Below are positions 1-10,258 of a DNA stretch of 64,000 nucleotides, piece after piece. The position numbers and the translations under genes are program-made. Position 1 is the first letter of the stretch; the number at the start of each line of letters is the position of its first letter. Under the pieces are notes generated by a model. It was not told the origin of the DNA and made no database searches. It was given only the letters and a program-made list of their open reading frames with translations. The stretch is from Thermoanaerobaculia bacterium (GTDB taxonomy: Bacteria; Acidobacteriota; Thermoanaerobaculia; UBA5066), in the NCBI GenBank assembly GCA_038245905.1, contig JBBRRY010000001.1:1-64000 (forward strand), read 5' to 3'.

Positions 1-1157
1 CCGGCGAGCGACAGCATGGAGAGCGTCAGGACGGAGGCCGCGACCGGGTGCCGCCGGCCGAGGCCCGCGAAATCATCGAGCGTGCGAGGCTCCGTCTCGC
101 CCCCCGAAAGCGCGGCGACGGTCAGGAAGGCGGCGGCGTTCGTGACGAGGTAGCCCGCGAGGAACACGAGGATGCCCTCGAACGCGTCCGGGGTGAAGGT
201 CGCGACGGCGATCGCCGCGTACCCCATCTGCGCGATCCCCGAATAGGCGAGCATCCGTTTCAGGTCCCGCTGCGAGAGCGCGACGACGTTGCCGAAGAGG
301 ATGGAGACTGCCGCGAGGATCGCGAAGAGCGGCCGATACGGCTCGGGCAGGCTTGCTGGGAACAGAGCATGCAGCAGGCGCAGGAGGACGATCAGCGCAG
401 CCGCCTTGGGGGCGGTCGAGAGAAAGGTCACGGCGGGGGTCGTCATGCCCTGGTAGACGTCTGGCGCCCACCCGTGGAACGGGACGAGAGCGATCTTGAA
501 CGAGAGGGCCGCGACGATCGCGAGGAGGCCGACACCGAGAAGCAGGTCGAACGGCACGAAGGAGCTGCCCGAAGAGAGCCCCTGGAGTGTGGTCAAACGC
601 GTCGTCCCGAGCCGTCCGTAAAGCGTGGCGATACCATAGAGGAGGAAGGCCGAGGAAAAGGCGCCCATCAGAAAGTACTTGAGGGAGGCTTCGGTCGCCG
701 CCGGGACGTCGCGGTACCACGCGGCGAGGACGTAGAGCGAGAGGGACATCAGCTCGAGGCCGAGGAACACGACGAGGAGGTCCACGCCGCGTACCATCAC
801 GATGGTGCCGGCGGCCGCGAAGAGGAGCAGGGCGTAGAACTCGCCCTGGTTGCGGCGGTCCCGCTCGAGCGAAGCCGCTCCGCCGAGCACGGCGAGGGCC
901 ACCGCTCCGCAGGCGACGAGCTCGATGAAGCGCGTGAGGCCGGAAGACTCGACCGCTCCCCCGAAGAACAGTCCCGAGACGTTGCCTCCCGTCAGGTTTG
1001 CGAGCGCGAGGCCCAGGAGCGTCAGGTAAGGGAAGAACGCGCGAATCGGCCGCGCGAATGCGTCGAGCAGGAGGATCAGGGTTGCGAATCCCGCGAGAAC
1101 GAGCTCCGGCGCGACGCAGGCGAGGTCCGCGCCGCTGACGTGAAGGAAGCCGCTCAT
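1..1157 (-). CDS. nuoN: NADH-quinone oxidoreductase subunit N (3' end outside window)
   Basis: Manual translation from ATG at 1157 (ATGA overlap with nuoM stop): MSGFLHVSGADLACVAPELVL...; EASLKYFLMG, FKIALVPFHGWAPDVYQG, KRMLAYSGIAQMGY motifs; follows nuoM. Confidence 0.93.
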   Translation of the reverse strand, partial: MSGFLHVSGADLACVAPELVLAGFATLILLLDAFARPIRAFFPYLTLLGLALANLTGGNVSGLFFGGAVESSGLTRFIELVACGAVALAVLGGAASLERDRRNQGEFYALLLFAAAGTIVMVRGVDLLVVFLGLELMSLSLYVLAAWYRDVPAATEASLKYFLMGAFSSAFLLYGIATLYGRLGTTRLTTLQGLSSGSSFVPFDLLLGVGLLAIVAALSFKIALVPFHGWAPDVYQGMTTPAVTFLSTAPKAAALIVLLRLLHALFPASLPEPYRPLFAILAAVSILFGNVVALSQRDLKRMLAYSGIAQMGYAAIAVATFTPDAFEGILVFLAGYLVTNAAAFLTVAALSGGETEPRTLDDFAGLGRRHPVAASVLTLSMLSLA

Positions 1158-2674
1158 CGAACGCGCTCCAGGGTCTTCACGGCGCCTTCCACGAGCGTCA
1201 GGAGGGGCCGCGGAAAAACGCCGAGGAGGACGATGAGGGCCACGAGGGGAAACGCCCCCGCCAATTCCCAGCCGTTGATGTCCGTGAGCGTCCGGTTTGC
1301 GGGCACGGTCTCCGGCCCCCAGAACACCTTCTGGACGAGCGTCAGGAGGTAGATCGCGCCGAGGATCAGGCCCGTGGCCGCGACGGCGGCCCAGACGACC
1401 GAGACCTGAAAGACGCCGCCCAGGATCAGGAACTCGCCGATGAATCCGTTCAGGCCGGGCAGGCCGATCGAGCCGAGGGTCGCAATGAGGAAAAGAGTCG
1501 TCGTGACGGGCACGCGCGCCGCGATGCCGCCATAGTCGGCCATCTCGCGCGTGTGGCGGCGAGAGTAGAGGACGCCGACGAGGAGGAAGAGAAGGCCCGT
1601 CGTGAGGCCGTGGCCGATCATCTGGAAGATCGCCCCCGAGAGCGCGGCGCCTGTCCCGGCGACGATGCCGAGGACGACGAGCGCAAGGTGGGTCACGGAG
1701 GAGTACGCGACGAGCTTCTTCATGTCCTTCTGCGCGGCGGCAACCCACGCGCCGTAAACGATTCCGATGAGCGCGAGCACCGCCAGGAGCGGCCCGTAAC
1801 GCGCGGCGGCGTGGGGGAAGAGCGGGTAGGCAAAGCGCAGGAGACCATAGGTCCCGAGCTTCAGGAGGACACCCGCGAGGATGATCGAGCCTCCCGTCGG
1901 GGCCTCGACGTGCGCGTCCGGCAGCCAGGTGTGTAGGGGCCAGAGCGGGATCTTGACGAGGAAGGCGAGAGCGAACGCGCCGAAGAGGAGCGCCTCGGTG
2001 CCCGGCGTCAAGTGCCAGGCGCCGGACGAGGCGGCACGCGTCCAGTCGGCGAGGGAGAAGCTTTGGATTCCCGTCGCCTGCAGGTGGACGTTCGCCGTAA
2101 ACAGGATCGCGACGAACATGAGGAGCGAGCCCGCCATGGTGAAGAGGAAGAACTTCATCGTGGCGTAGATACGCCGCTTGCCGCCCCAGACCCCGATGAT
2201 GAAGTACATCGGCACGAGCATCACTTCCCAGAACACGTAGAAGAGAAGCGTGTCGAGCGCGACGAGGCTTCCCAGCATGCCCGTCTCGAGAAGCAGGAAC
2301 GCGATCAGGTAGCCCTTGATCCTCTCGATCTCCTGCCCGCACGACACGAGGAGGACGGACACCGTGAGGAGCGTCGTCAGGAGCACGAGGGCGAGCGAGA
2401 GGCCGTCCATCCCGAGCTGATAGCGGATCCCGAATTGGGGAATCCAGGGCCGGTCGATCGCGAAGGCTTCGGGGAAAGCGGTTGAAGGGTCGAATCCCCG
2501 GTACAGGAGGACGCTGACGCCGAACGTGAGGAACGCCGTCCCGAGGGCGACTGCCTTCGCGGCGACCTTCGACGAGCCGGGGAGGAATGCGAGCACGAGG
2601 GCGCCCAGCGCGGGAAGGAAGACGAGCGTCGAGAGGAGGTCGGCGCCGAGCGGGTGGAGGTTCGCGAGGCTCAT
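1154..2674 (-). CDS. nuoM: NADH-quinone oxidoreductase subunit M
   Basis: FYVFWEVMLVPMY, VKIPLWPLHTWLPDAHVEAPT, KKLVAYSSVTH motifs; polytopic membrane protein. Confidence 0.96.
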   Translation of the reverse strand: MSLANLHPLGADLLSTLVFLPALGALVLAFLPGSSKVAAKAVALGTAFLTFGVSVLLYRGFDPSTAFPEAFAIDRPWIPQFGIRYQLGMDGLSLALVLLTTLLTVSVLLVSCGQEIERIKGYLIAFLLLETGMLGSLVALDTLLFYVFWEVMLVPMYFIIGVWGGKRRIYATMKFFLFTMAGSLLMFVAILFTANVHLQATGIQSFSLADWTRAASSGAWHLTPGTEALLFGAFALAFLVKIPLWPLHTWLPDAHVEAPTGGSIILAGVLLKLGTYGLLRFAYPLFPHAAARYGPLLAVLALIGIVYGAWVAAAQKDMKKLVAYSSVTHLALVVLGIVAGTGAALSGAIFQMIGHGLTTGLLFLLVGVLYSRRHTREMADYGGIAARVPVTTTLFLIATLGSIGLPGLNGFIGEFLILGGVFQVSVVWAAVAATGLILGAIYLLTLVQKVFWGPETVPANRTLTDINGWELAGAFPLVALIVLLGVFPRPLLTLVEGAVKTLERVR

Positions 2675-2695
2675 CGGGCTATCTCATCCACACGC

Positions 2696-4687
2696 CTACG
2701 ACATCCACACATAAGCGACGAGGGCGGCGAAACCCAACGTGAACGCGAGCGCGTAGTTGCGGACGTGGCCCGTCGTGAAGAAGCGCAGGAGGTCGCCAAG
2801 AAGCTCCACGAGGAACGCCGACGCATTCGCGATGCCGTCGATGAACAGCGCGTCGAAGCCACGCCAGAGGAATGTCCCGATCTTCCGGAATGGCGAGAGA
2901 AAGAGCGCCTCGATGCCCTCGTCGACGTTCCACTTGTTCGCGACGAGCCTGCCGAGGGCCCCAGCCTTCTCGAAGAAGACCTGCGCCTCCGGGGATACGG
3001 CTTCGACTGGCCCCGACGCCTTCCCGTACCAGCGCCACGCCCAGACGAGACCCGTCACGGCGACTCCGAGGGACAGGAGCATGAGGCCGATCTCGAGCCC
3101 GTGCGACATCTCGTGGATTTCGGGATGGGCCACGGACGCGTCCAGAAAGCGCGCGATCCTGTCCGAGCCGCCGAGGGCCGCCGGCACTCCGAGAAGGCCC
3201 GCGACGACCGAGAAGGCCGCGAGGATGAAGAGCGGCACCGTCATCGTCGCGGGGCTCTCGTGCGCGTTTTCGGCGCGGCCGCGCGCCGTGCCGAAGAAGG
3301 TCATCGAGACGAGCCGGAACATGTAAAAGGCGGTGAGGCCCGCCGTGAAGAGTCCGACGGCGTAGAGCGCCCAGTGGCCCGACGCAGCCGTTGCCCCGAG
3401 CACGGCGTCCTTCGAGAAGAATCCGGCGAGCGGGAAGATGCCCGCGATCGCGAGCGCCGCGACGAGCATCGTCCGGAACGTCTGCGGGATGCGCGTCGCG
3501 AGGCCGCCCATCTTCCTCATGTCCTGCTCGTGGTGCAGGGACATGATGACGGAGCCGGAGCCGAGGAAGAGGCATGCCTTGAAGAACGCGTGCGTGAAGA
3601 CGTGGAACATGCCCGCGGAGAACGCACCGACGCCACAGGCCAGGAACATGTAGCCGAGCTGCGAGACCGTCGAGTACGCGAGAACCTTCTTGATGTCGTT
3701 TTGCGCGAGGCCGATCGTGGCCGCGAAGATCGCCGTCCCGGCGCCGATCCAGGCCACCAGCGTGAGGGCGTCGGGAGCGAGAGCGAAAAGTGCGCTGCAG
3801 CGGGCGACGAGGTAGACGCCCGCCGTGACCATCGTCGCGGCGTGGATGAGCGCCGACACGGGAGTCGGGCCCGCCATCGCATCCGGCAGCCAGACATAGA
3901 GCGGCCCCTGAGCGCTCTTGCCGCACGCGCCGAGGAAGAGCAGCAGGCACACCGCATAGACGCCGAGCGGCGCATTCCCCGCGAGCACTTGGCGTTTCGC
4001 GAGCTCCACGAAGGAGAAGTCGGCCGTGCCGAAGAGCGCGAACACGCCGAAGATGCCGAGGACCATCCCGAAGTCGCCGAGGCGGTTTACGATGAATGCC
4101 TTCTTGCCGGCCGCGGCGGCAAAGTCCTTGTCGTAGTAATAGCCGATAAGGAGGTACGAGCAGAGGCCGACGCCCTCCCATCCCACGAAGAGCAGCGGCA
4201 GGCTGTTGGCGAGGACGAGCATCAGCATCGCGAACATGAAGAGATTCAGATACGAGAAGTAGCGCCCGTAGCCCTCTTCCTTCTGCATATACCCGACGCT
4301 GTAGACGTGGATGAGCAAGCCGACGACCGTGACGAACGAGAGCATGAGCGCCGAGAGCGCGTCGAGGCGGAAGGTGACGTCGATGGTGTAGTTGCCAGCG
4401 GCCATCCACGTGTACACCTTCTGCACGATGGGAGCGAGCCCTTCGGCGGCATGCATAGAGCCGAGCGCGTAGGGCACGAGCGCCGCGAAGGAGAGCACGG
4501 CGGCCAGGCCGACCGAGCCGACGCCCACGATGCCGTGGAAGAGCCGCTGGGAGTAGGGGAGCTGGGCTCCGGGGTGGTCGGCGCCGGACTCCTTCTCCGC
4601 GCGGGCCGAGCTTGCCACGAGGGCCACGAGGCCGTTCAGGAGGAAACCGGCGAGCGGGAGGAAGGGGATGAGCCAGAGCTGTTTCAT
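2696..4687 (-). CDS. nuoL: NADH-quinone oxidoreductase subunit L
   Basis: GKSAQGPLYVWLPDAMAGPTPVSALIHAATMV, DIKKVLAYSTVSQLGYM, HAFFKACLFL motifs. Confidence 0.96.
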   Translation of the reverse strand: MKQLWLIPFLPLAGFLLNGLVALVASSARAEKESGADHPGAQLPYSQRLFHGIVGVGSVGLAAVLSFAALVPYALGSMHAAEGLAPIVQKVYTWMAAGNYTIDVTFRLDALSALMLSFVTVVGLLIHVYSVGYMQKEEGYGRYFSYLNLFMFAMLMLVLANSLPLLFVGWEGVGLCSYLLIGYYYDKDFAAAAGKKAFIVNRLGDFGMVLGIFGVFALFGTADFSFVELAKRQVLAGNAPLGVYAVCLLLFLGACGKSAQGPLYVWLPDAMAGPTPVSALIHAATMVTAGVYLVARCSALFALAPDALTLVAWIGAGTAIFAATIGLAQNDIKKVLAYSTVSQLGYMFLACGVGAFSAGMFHVFTHAFFKACLFLGSGSVIMSLHHEQDMRKMGGLATRIPQTFRTMLVAALAIAGIFPLAGFFSKDAVLGATAASGHWALYAVGLFTAGLTAFYMFRLVSMTFFGTARGRAENAHESPATMTVPLFILAAFSVVAGLLGVPAALGGSDRIARFLDASVAHPEIHEMSHGLEIGLMLLSLGVAVTGLVWAWRWYGKASGPVEAVSPEAQVFFEKAGALGRLVANKWNVDEGIEALFLSPFRKIGTFLWRGFDALFIDGIANASAFLVELLGDLLRFFTTGHVRNYALAFTLGFAALVAYVWMS

Positions 4688-4695
4688 TTAGCCGG

Positions 4696-5031
4696 CTACC
4701 ATTTCAGGAGCGCGATCTTGTCCACTTCCACCGTCCGGTGGGTGCGGAAGAGCGCGACGAAGATCGCGAGGCCGACGGCCGCTTCGGCGGCGGCGACGGC
4801 GATCACGAAGAAGACGATCATCTGCCCCGCGAGGTCGCCGCGCATCCGCGCGTACGTCAGGAAGAGCAGGTTCGCGGCGTTCATCATCAGCTCGATCGAC
4901 AGGAAGATCGAGATCGCATTGCGCTTCAGGAGCGCTCCCGCGAGGCCGATCGCGAAGAGGAGGGTCGCGACGACGAGGAATGCGCCCGGCGGCACGGCCA
5001 TTGGGGCGACCCCGGGAAGCACGCCGGTCAT
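4696..5031 (-). CDS. nuoK: NADH-quinone oxidoreductase subunit K
   Basis: SIELMMNAANL and VAAAEAAVGLA motifs; ATGA overlap with nuoJ (alternative start 5001). Confidence 0.95.
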   Translation of the reverse strand: MTGVLPGVAPMAVPPGAFLVVATLLFAIGLAGALLKRNAISIFLSIELMMNAANLLFLTYARMRGDLAGQMIVFFVIAVAAAEAAVGLAIFVALFRTHRTVEVDKIALLKW

Positions 5032-5567
5032 TCGAACCTCCGCTTGGAGAGAAGGAGCGCGCCGACCGCCGCGACGAGGAGCAGCAGGGACAGCACCTCG
5101 AAGGCGAGGAGGTAGTCGGAGAAGAGGAGCCGTCCGAGGGCCGGAATCTCGTCCGGCATCGGAATCCGGGTGCGAGTGGGCGCGCTGCCCGGCGGCACCG
5201 GCGCGCGCAGGGTGGCGCCCGCGAGGAGGCCGCCGAGGGCGAGCGCGACGAGGAGCCCGAGCGTGCGCTGGATCGGCCGGTCGTCCTCGTCCGCCGCTTC
5301 CTCCTTGAGGTTGAGCAGCATGATGACGAACAAGAAGAGGACGAGGATCGCGCCGGCGTACACGAAGATCTGGAGCGCGGCGATGAAGGGCGCCGCGAGG
5401 AGGATCGCGAGAACCGAGAGCCCGAAAAACGTCACGACCAGGGACAGGACGCTTCTAACGGGCGCCTTCTGGACGACCATGAGGAGCGCGAACGCGAGCG
5501 ACAGGAACGAAGCGAACCCGAAGACGACGAGCTCTCCGCCCACGGCCGGCATCGTCAGCGCCGGCAT
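5028..5567 (-). CDS. nuoJ: NADH-quinone oxidoreductase subunit J
   Basis: QIFVYAGAILVLFLFVIMLL, YLLAFEVLSLLLL; start set at ATG 5567 (TGATG overlap with nuoH stop). Confidence 0.94.
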   Translation of the reverse strand: MPALTMPAVGGELVVFGFASFLSLAFALLMVVQKAPVRSVLSLVVTFFGLSVLAILLAAPFIAALQIFVYAGAILVLFLFVIMLLNLKEEAADEDDRPIQRTLGLLVALALGGLLAGATLRAPVPPGSAPTRTRIPMPDEIPALGRLLFSDYLLAFEVLSLLLLVAAVGALLLSKRRFE

Positions 5568-6616
5568 CAGATGACCCCCCAGAGGACGAGCCCGCCCGTC
5601 ACGACCAGGTTGAGGAGCGCGAGCGGCAGGAAGACCTTCCAGCCGAGATTCATGAGCTGGTCGAAGCGGAAGCGCGGAAGCGTCCAGCGCACCCACACGA
5701 AGAGGAAGATGAAGAAGCCCGTCTTGGCGGCGAAGACCACGATCGAAACAACGCCCCCGAGGATTCCCGTCAGGTGCAGACCCGGAAGCGACCAGCCGCC
5801 GAAATAAAGCGTTGCCATCATGGCCGATGCCGCGATGAGGTTCAGGTATTCGGCCATGAAGAACATGCCGAACCGGAAGGCGGAGTATTCGGTGTGGTAG
5901 CCCGCGACCAACTCGGCCTCGGCCTCCGGCAGGTCGAACGGCAGCCGGTTCGTCTCGGCGAAGGCCGAGACGACGAAGATCATACAGCCGAGGGCCTGCG
6001 GGAAGCAGTTCCAGAGGGGCAGAAACCCGAGGAAGGTACCGGACGCCTGGTACTCGACCACCTTCGTCAGCCGCAGGGAGCCCGCGGCGAGGAAAACCGA
6101 GATCGCCGCGATTCCCATCGCGAGCTCGTAGCTGATGACCTGGGCCGAAGAGCGAAGTCCGCCCATGAGCGCGAACTTGTTGTTCGAAGCCCAGCCTGCG
6201 AGGACGAGACCGTAGATTCCGATCGAGGTCAGCGCGAAGACGTAGAGGATGCCGATATTGACGTCGGCGATGACGAGCGGAATATCGCGACCGAACAGAT
6301 GAATCGAGGACCCGAACGGGATCACCGCGAACGTGGACATGGACGGCACGAGGAGGATGAGTGGGGCGATCGTGTGGAGGAGGCGGTCCGCGTACATCGG
6401 GACCACGTCTTCCTTCATGAACATCTTCAGGATGTCCGCGATGGCCTGGAAGAGGCCGAAGGGTCCCACGCGGTTCGGGCCCGGGCGGTCCTGGATGAGG
6501 CCCGCCACGCGTCTCTCGACCCAGATCAGGTTCGGAAGGACGGCGCCGAGCACCACGCCCCAGACGAAGGCGATTTTGGCCGCGCCTTCGATGGCGGCCG
6601 CGAGCGCGGGGCTCAT
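5567..6616 (-). CDS. nuoH: NADH-quinone oxidoreductase subunit H
   Basis: ERRVAGLIQDRPGPNRVGP, AETNRLPFDLPEAEAELVAGYHTEYS, LPRFRFDQLM motifs. Confidence 0.96.
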   Translation of the reverse strand: MSPALAAAIEGAAKIAFVWGVVLGAVLPNLIWVERRVAGLIQDRPGPNRVGPFGLFQAIADILKMFMKEDVVPMYADRLLHTIAPLILLVPSMSTFAVIPFGSSIHLFGRDIPLVIADVNIGILYVFALTSIGIYGLVLAGWASNNKFALMGGLRSSAQVISYELAMGIAAISVFLAAGSLRLTKVVEYQASGTFLGFLPLWNCFPQALGCMIFVVSAFAETNRLPFDLPEAEAELVAGYHTEYSAFRFGMFFMAEYLNLIAASAMMATLYFGGWSLPGLHLTGILGGVVSIVVFAAKTGFFIFLFVWVRWTLPRFRFDQLMNLGWKVFLPLALLNLVVTGGLVLWGVI

Positions 6617-8319
6617 GACCGGCGGTCCGGCGCCGTGACCGACGGGCGCGGAAAGACCTCGACGCCGGGATCTCTTTCGAGCCCGAGAACGTCGTAGGCG
6701 GCGGCAGGGGAGATGGACGGCGGGTTCCCGACGAGGGCGTCAGAATCCCACGTGAGGCCGGCGTAGCCGGCGACGGACGCCTGCATCTTTTCGAATACGT
6801 CCCTGGGAGTCCACCGGGCGTCGAACGCGCCCCAGCGGCTGCCGAGATGCAGGAGCACCTCGAGGTCCGTGCGCACGACGGGGGGCGACACGATCGCCAT
6901 GTCGATCCGCTGCACGAGGCCCTTCGCGTTCACGAACGTGCCTTCCTTGCCCGAGAGCGCCGCGACCGGCAGGACGATGTCGGCGGCGTCCGTCAGCGCG
7001 TTGCGTTTGCGGGCATGGACGATAAGGACCGAAGCCTTGCGCAGCTCGGCGACGAAGGCAGGGTCGTTGCACTTCACGCTGAAGCTTGCGTCGGAAATGT
7101 AGAGAACTGCTGTGGAAGAAGAAAGAGAAGACGAAGATTTCTTAGAAAGGCCGGCAGCCTCGGCGCCGCGGCTGTTGGGTGCGGCCTCGCTTCCGTAAAT
7201 CCACCCGTCCACCTTGTTTCGGATGCGCCTCCTGGGCCCTTCGTCCACGGTGAACTCGGGGGTGCCCACCTTCAAAGAATCCTCAAACAGCGTTTTCAGA
7301 AGCCAGCTTTCCTCGGTAGTGTGGTTCGCCGACCCGATGACGACGATCCCGTCTTTTCTTCCCTTCGAAGCAAAATCTTCCTTCTTCTTTTCATCTCTCG
7401 CGCGGTCGATCGCGATCTTGACCGCGTCCAGCGCCTCGCCCCAGTTCGTCTGCTTGCGCGTGGCTTCGCCCGCGACGCGGATCTCGGGCTTCAGGAAATC
7501 CTGCCCGTTGAGCTCCTCGGCGCGGAGGCGGCCGTAGTCGCACATCCAGAAGTCGTTCACCGCCGGGGCGACCCGGGGGAGGAAGCGGTAGACGACGCGA
7601 TCGCGGTGCTCGATCGAGATGTTGCAGCCAATTTCGCAGCCATCGCAGACGGAACGGGTCTTGTCGAGCCACCAGACGCGCTTCCGGAACCGGAATTCCT
7701 TCGTCGTGAGAGCGCCCACCGGGCAGACGTCCGCGGTGCACGCGGAGAGGTCGTTGTCGAGCGGCTTGCCCTCGTGCGTCCAGACGAACGTGTGGCCGGC
7801 GCGCTCGATGAACGTGAGCTCGCCCGTCTCGGTGATCTCCTCGCAGAACCGGATGCAGCGCGTGCACTGGATGCAACGCGTCATGTCCGCGATCACGTGC
7901 GGGCCGATGGGCGTGCGGTCGTAGCCGGGAAACTGGCGGCGGGGCTCAGACGTGCGCGAGACCGGCAGGCCCGCGCCGAAGGCGTTGTCCTGCAGCTTGC
8001 ACTCGCCTGCCTGGTCGCAGATCGGGCAGTCGAGCGGGTGGTTGATGAGGAGGAACTCCATCGTGGCGTTACGTGCCGCGAGGGCCTTTTCGGTCGAGGC
8101 CTTGATGACCATTCCGTCGCGCACGGGGACGGTGCATGACGCCTGGATCTTCGGCACGCCTTCGACCTCGACCATGCACATGCGGCACTGGCCGACGATC
8201 GAGAGGGCCGGGTGGTAGCAGAAGTGGGGGACGTCGACGCCCGCGGCGCGGCACGCCTCGAGTGCGTTTGCGCCGTTCGGGACCTCGACGGTCTTACCGT
8301 CTACGGTTACTTTCGCCAT
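6613..8319 (-). CDS. nuoG: NADH-quinone oxidoreductase subunit G (short form, 568 aa)
   Basis: FCYH..CRMC..SC, HPLDCPICDQAGEC, CIQCTRC..CPVGAL and CDGCEIGC..MCD Fe-S motifs; molybdopterin-oxidoreductase-like C-terminus. Confidence 0.93.
   Translation of the reverse strand: MAKVTVDGKTVEVPNGANALEACRAAGVDVPHFCYHPALSIVGQCRMCMVEVEGVPKIQASCTVPVRDGMVIKASTEKALAARNATMEFLLINHPLDCPICDQAGECKLQDNAFGAGLPVSRTSEPRRQFPGYDRTPIGPHVIADMTRCIQCTRCIRFCEEITETGELTFIERAGHTFVWTHEGKPLDNDLSACTADVCPVGALTTKEFRFRKRVWWLDKTRSVCDGCEIGCNISIEHRDRVVYRFLPRVAPAVNDFWMCDYGRLRAEELNGQDFLKPEIRVAGEATRKQTNWGEALDAVKIAIDRARDEKKKEDFASKGRKDGIVVIGSANHTTEESWLLKTLFEDSLKVGTPEFTVDEGPRRRIRNKVDGWIYGSEAAPNSRGAEAAGLSKKSSSSLSSSTAVLYISDASFSVKCNDPAFVAELRKASVLIVHARKRNALTDAADIVLPVAALSGKEGTFVNAKGLVQRIDMAIVSPPVVRTDLEVLLHLGSRWGAFDARWTPRDVFEKMQASVAGYAGLTWDSDALVGNPPSISPAAAYDVLGLERDPGVEVFPRPSVTAPDRRS
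7133..7399. repeat. Cluster of AT-rich intragenic motif copies in nuoG
   Basis: CCTTTCTAAGAAATCTTC (7133-7150, -), CACCTTCAAAGAATCCTC (7267-7284, +), CCCTTCGAAGCAAAATCTTC (7361-7380, +); two are followed by pyrimidine tracts. Confidence 0.6.
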
Positions 8320-9695
8320 CAGGAATGAATTCCCGCGGCCGTGCGGTCCGCGATGGCGTTGGTCAAATCATCGGGAGCGTGCTGTTCGAACTCCGGCTTC
8401 TGGCTCTTCGCTACGTACGCCTCGAACTCCCCGCGGAACTTTGTGATGCCGGAGATGACGGGGGCGATCGCCGCGTCCGAGAAGACGCAGATCGTCATCC
8501 CGTTGCCCATCTGGTTCGAAATCTGGAGGAGGAGGTCGAGGTCGGACTTCTTCCCCTCGCCGTTCACGATGCGCCGGAGCATCTTGAGGAGCCAAGGCGT
8601 GCCTTCGCGGCAGGGCGTACATTGCCCGCAGGACTCGTGCGCGTAAAACTTCGCGATGTTCGTGACGGCCTTCGGGATGTCCGTCGTCTCGTCCATCACG
8701 ATGATCCCCGCCGACCCGAACATCGATTTCGCGGCGACGAGGCCGTCGAAGTCCATCGGGACGCCGGCGATCTCCGCCGCCGTCAGCATCGGCGCCGAGG
8801 AGCCGCCCGGAATGACGGCCTTGAGCGCGCGCCCGCCGCGGACGCCGCCGGCCAACGCGAGGAGCTGCTCCCACGGGATTCCCGTCGGGGCCTCATAGAC
8901 ACCGGGCTTCTCGACGTGTCCGGAGACGCAGTAGAGCTTCGGGCCCGTGTTCTTCTCGTTCCGGCCAATCCCCTTGAACCAGTCCGCGCCGCGGTCGACG
9001 ATGTGCTTGACGCAGGCGAGCGTCTCGACGTTGTTGACGACGGTCGGGCAGCCCCACGCGCCCTCGACGGCCGGGAAGGGCGGTTTGATGCGCGGCTGGC
9101 CGCGTTTGCCCTCGAGGCTCTCGATGAGGGCCGTCTCCTCGCCACAGATGTACGCGCCCGCGCCGCGGTGGATGGTGATCTCGAGATCCAGCCCGGAGCC
9201 GAGGACGTCTTTTCCGAGGAAGCCTTTCGCCTTGGCCTCGGCGACGGCCTTGTTCAGGATCTCCGCGCCGTGGACCATCTCGCCGCGGATATAGAGGTAA
9301 GCGTGCCTCACGTCGAGGGCGAAGCTCGCGAGCATCATTCCCTCGAGGATCTGATGCGGGTCGCTTTCCATCAGGAGGCGGTCCTTGAACGTGCCGGGCT
9401 CGGATTCGTCCGCGTTGCACAGGAGGTAGACCGGCTTGTCGCCGCGCTTCTCCTTCAGCGGGACGAACGTCCACTTCATTCCGCACGAGAAGCCGGCGCC
9501 GCCGCGCCCGCGCAGGCCCGCAACCTTGACCATCTCCGTGACCTTCGCGGGCGTCCACTCCCCGCTTCCCGCGCCCGCGAGGACCTTCTTCCACGAGGCG
9601 TAGCCCCCATCGGCGACGTATCCGTCGATTCCGCAGGATCCCGGCTTGCCGAGACGGGCGAGGAGCACGGGCGGGATCGGCTCGAGTCCGCTCAT
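8319..9695 (-). CDS. nuoF: NADH-quinone oxidoreductase subunit F
   Basis: GLRGRGGAGF, CNADESEPGTFKDR, GAGAYICGEETAL, ESCGQCTPCREG motifs. Confidence 0.97.
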   Translation of the reverse strand: MSGLEPIPPVLLARLGKPGSCGIDGYVADGGYASWKKVLAGAGSGEWTPAKVTEMVKVAGLRGRGGAGFSCGMKWTFVPLKEKRGDKPVYLLCNADESEPGTFKDRLLMESDPHQILEGMMLASFALDVRHAYLYIRGEMVHGAEILNKAVAEAKAKGFLGKDVLGSGLDLEITIHRGAGAYICGEETALIESLEGKRGQPRIKPPFPAVEGAWGCPTVVNNVETLACVKHIVDRGADWFKGIGRNEKNTGPKLYCVSGHVEKPGVYEAPTGIPWEQLLALAGGVRGGRALKAVIPGGSSAPMLTAAEIAGVPMDFDGLVAAKSMFGSAGIIVMDETTDIPKAVTNIAKFYAHESCGQCTPCREGTPWLLKMLRRIVNGEGKKSDLDLLLQISNQMGNGMTICVFSDAAIAPVISGITKFRGEFEAYVAKSQKPEFEQHAPDDLTNAIADRTAAGIHS

Positions 9696-9699
9696 CGCC

Positions 9700-10257
9700 T
9701 CAGGCCAGCCCCTTCAGGAATGCGTCAAGCTTGTCCTTCGTGATCACGGCGTAGTCGTCGTCGTTCACCATGACGGCGGGCGCCTTGTCGCACTGGGCGA
9801 GGCACTCCACCTCGATGACGGTGAACTTCCCGTCGGGCGAGACCTCGCCCGACTTCAAGCTGCCGAGCCGCTTCTTGCACTCGTGGAAGATCTCCTCGGC
9901 GCCGTTCAGGTGACAGGAGATCGACGTGCAGACCTGGATGAGGTGCTTTCCGACCGGCGCTCGGTTGTACATCGTGTAGAACGTCACGACGCCCCAGACG
10001 AATGCCGGCGCGAGCTCGAGAATCGTCGCCACGTAATCCACGGCCTCCCGCGAGATCCATCCCCATTCGCGCTGCGCGAGCCAGAGCGTGGGGAGAAGCG
10101 CGGACTGCTTCGTGGGATAGCGGCCGAGGAGGCGGTCGAAGTCGGCCCGCGTCTCAGGCGAGAACGAGAGCGCCCGGCCGCACGAAAGTGCGCCATGCTC
10201 GCCCGCGCGGGGGTTTCCGGCCTGCTCGGCCACGGGAACGTTCTGTCCGCCGCTCAC
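9700..10257 (-). CDS. nuoE: NADH-quinone oxidoreductase subunit E
   Basis: VVTFYTMY, VCTSISC...ECLAQC 2Fe-2S ligands; GTG start. Confidence 0.94.
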   Translation of the reverse strand: MSGGQNVPVAEQAGNPRAGEHGALSCGRALSFSPETRADFDRLLGRYPTKQSALLPTLWLAQREWGWISREAVDYVATILELAPAFVWGVVTFYTMYNRAPVGKHLIQVCTSISCHLNGAEEIFHECKKRLGSLKSGEVSPDGKFTVIEVECLAQCDKAPAVMVNDDDYAVITKDKLDAFLKGLA

Positions 10258-10258
10258 A

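Noticed and set aside
48-9743. Long plus-strand ORFs (48-1352, 2654-5308, 6847-8139, 8136-9743)
   Set aside because: Antisense shadows of nuo genes; Arg/Gly-rich, no motifs, expected at high GC.
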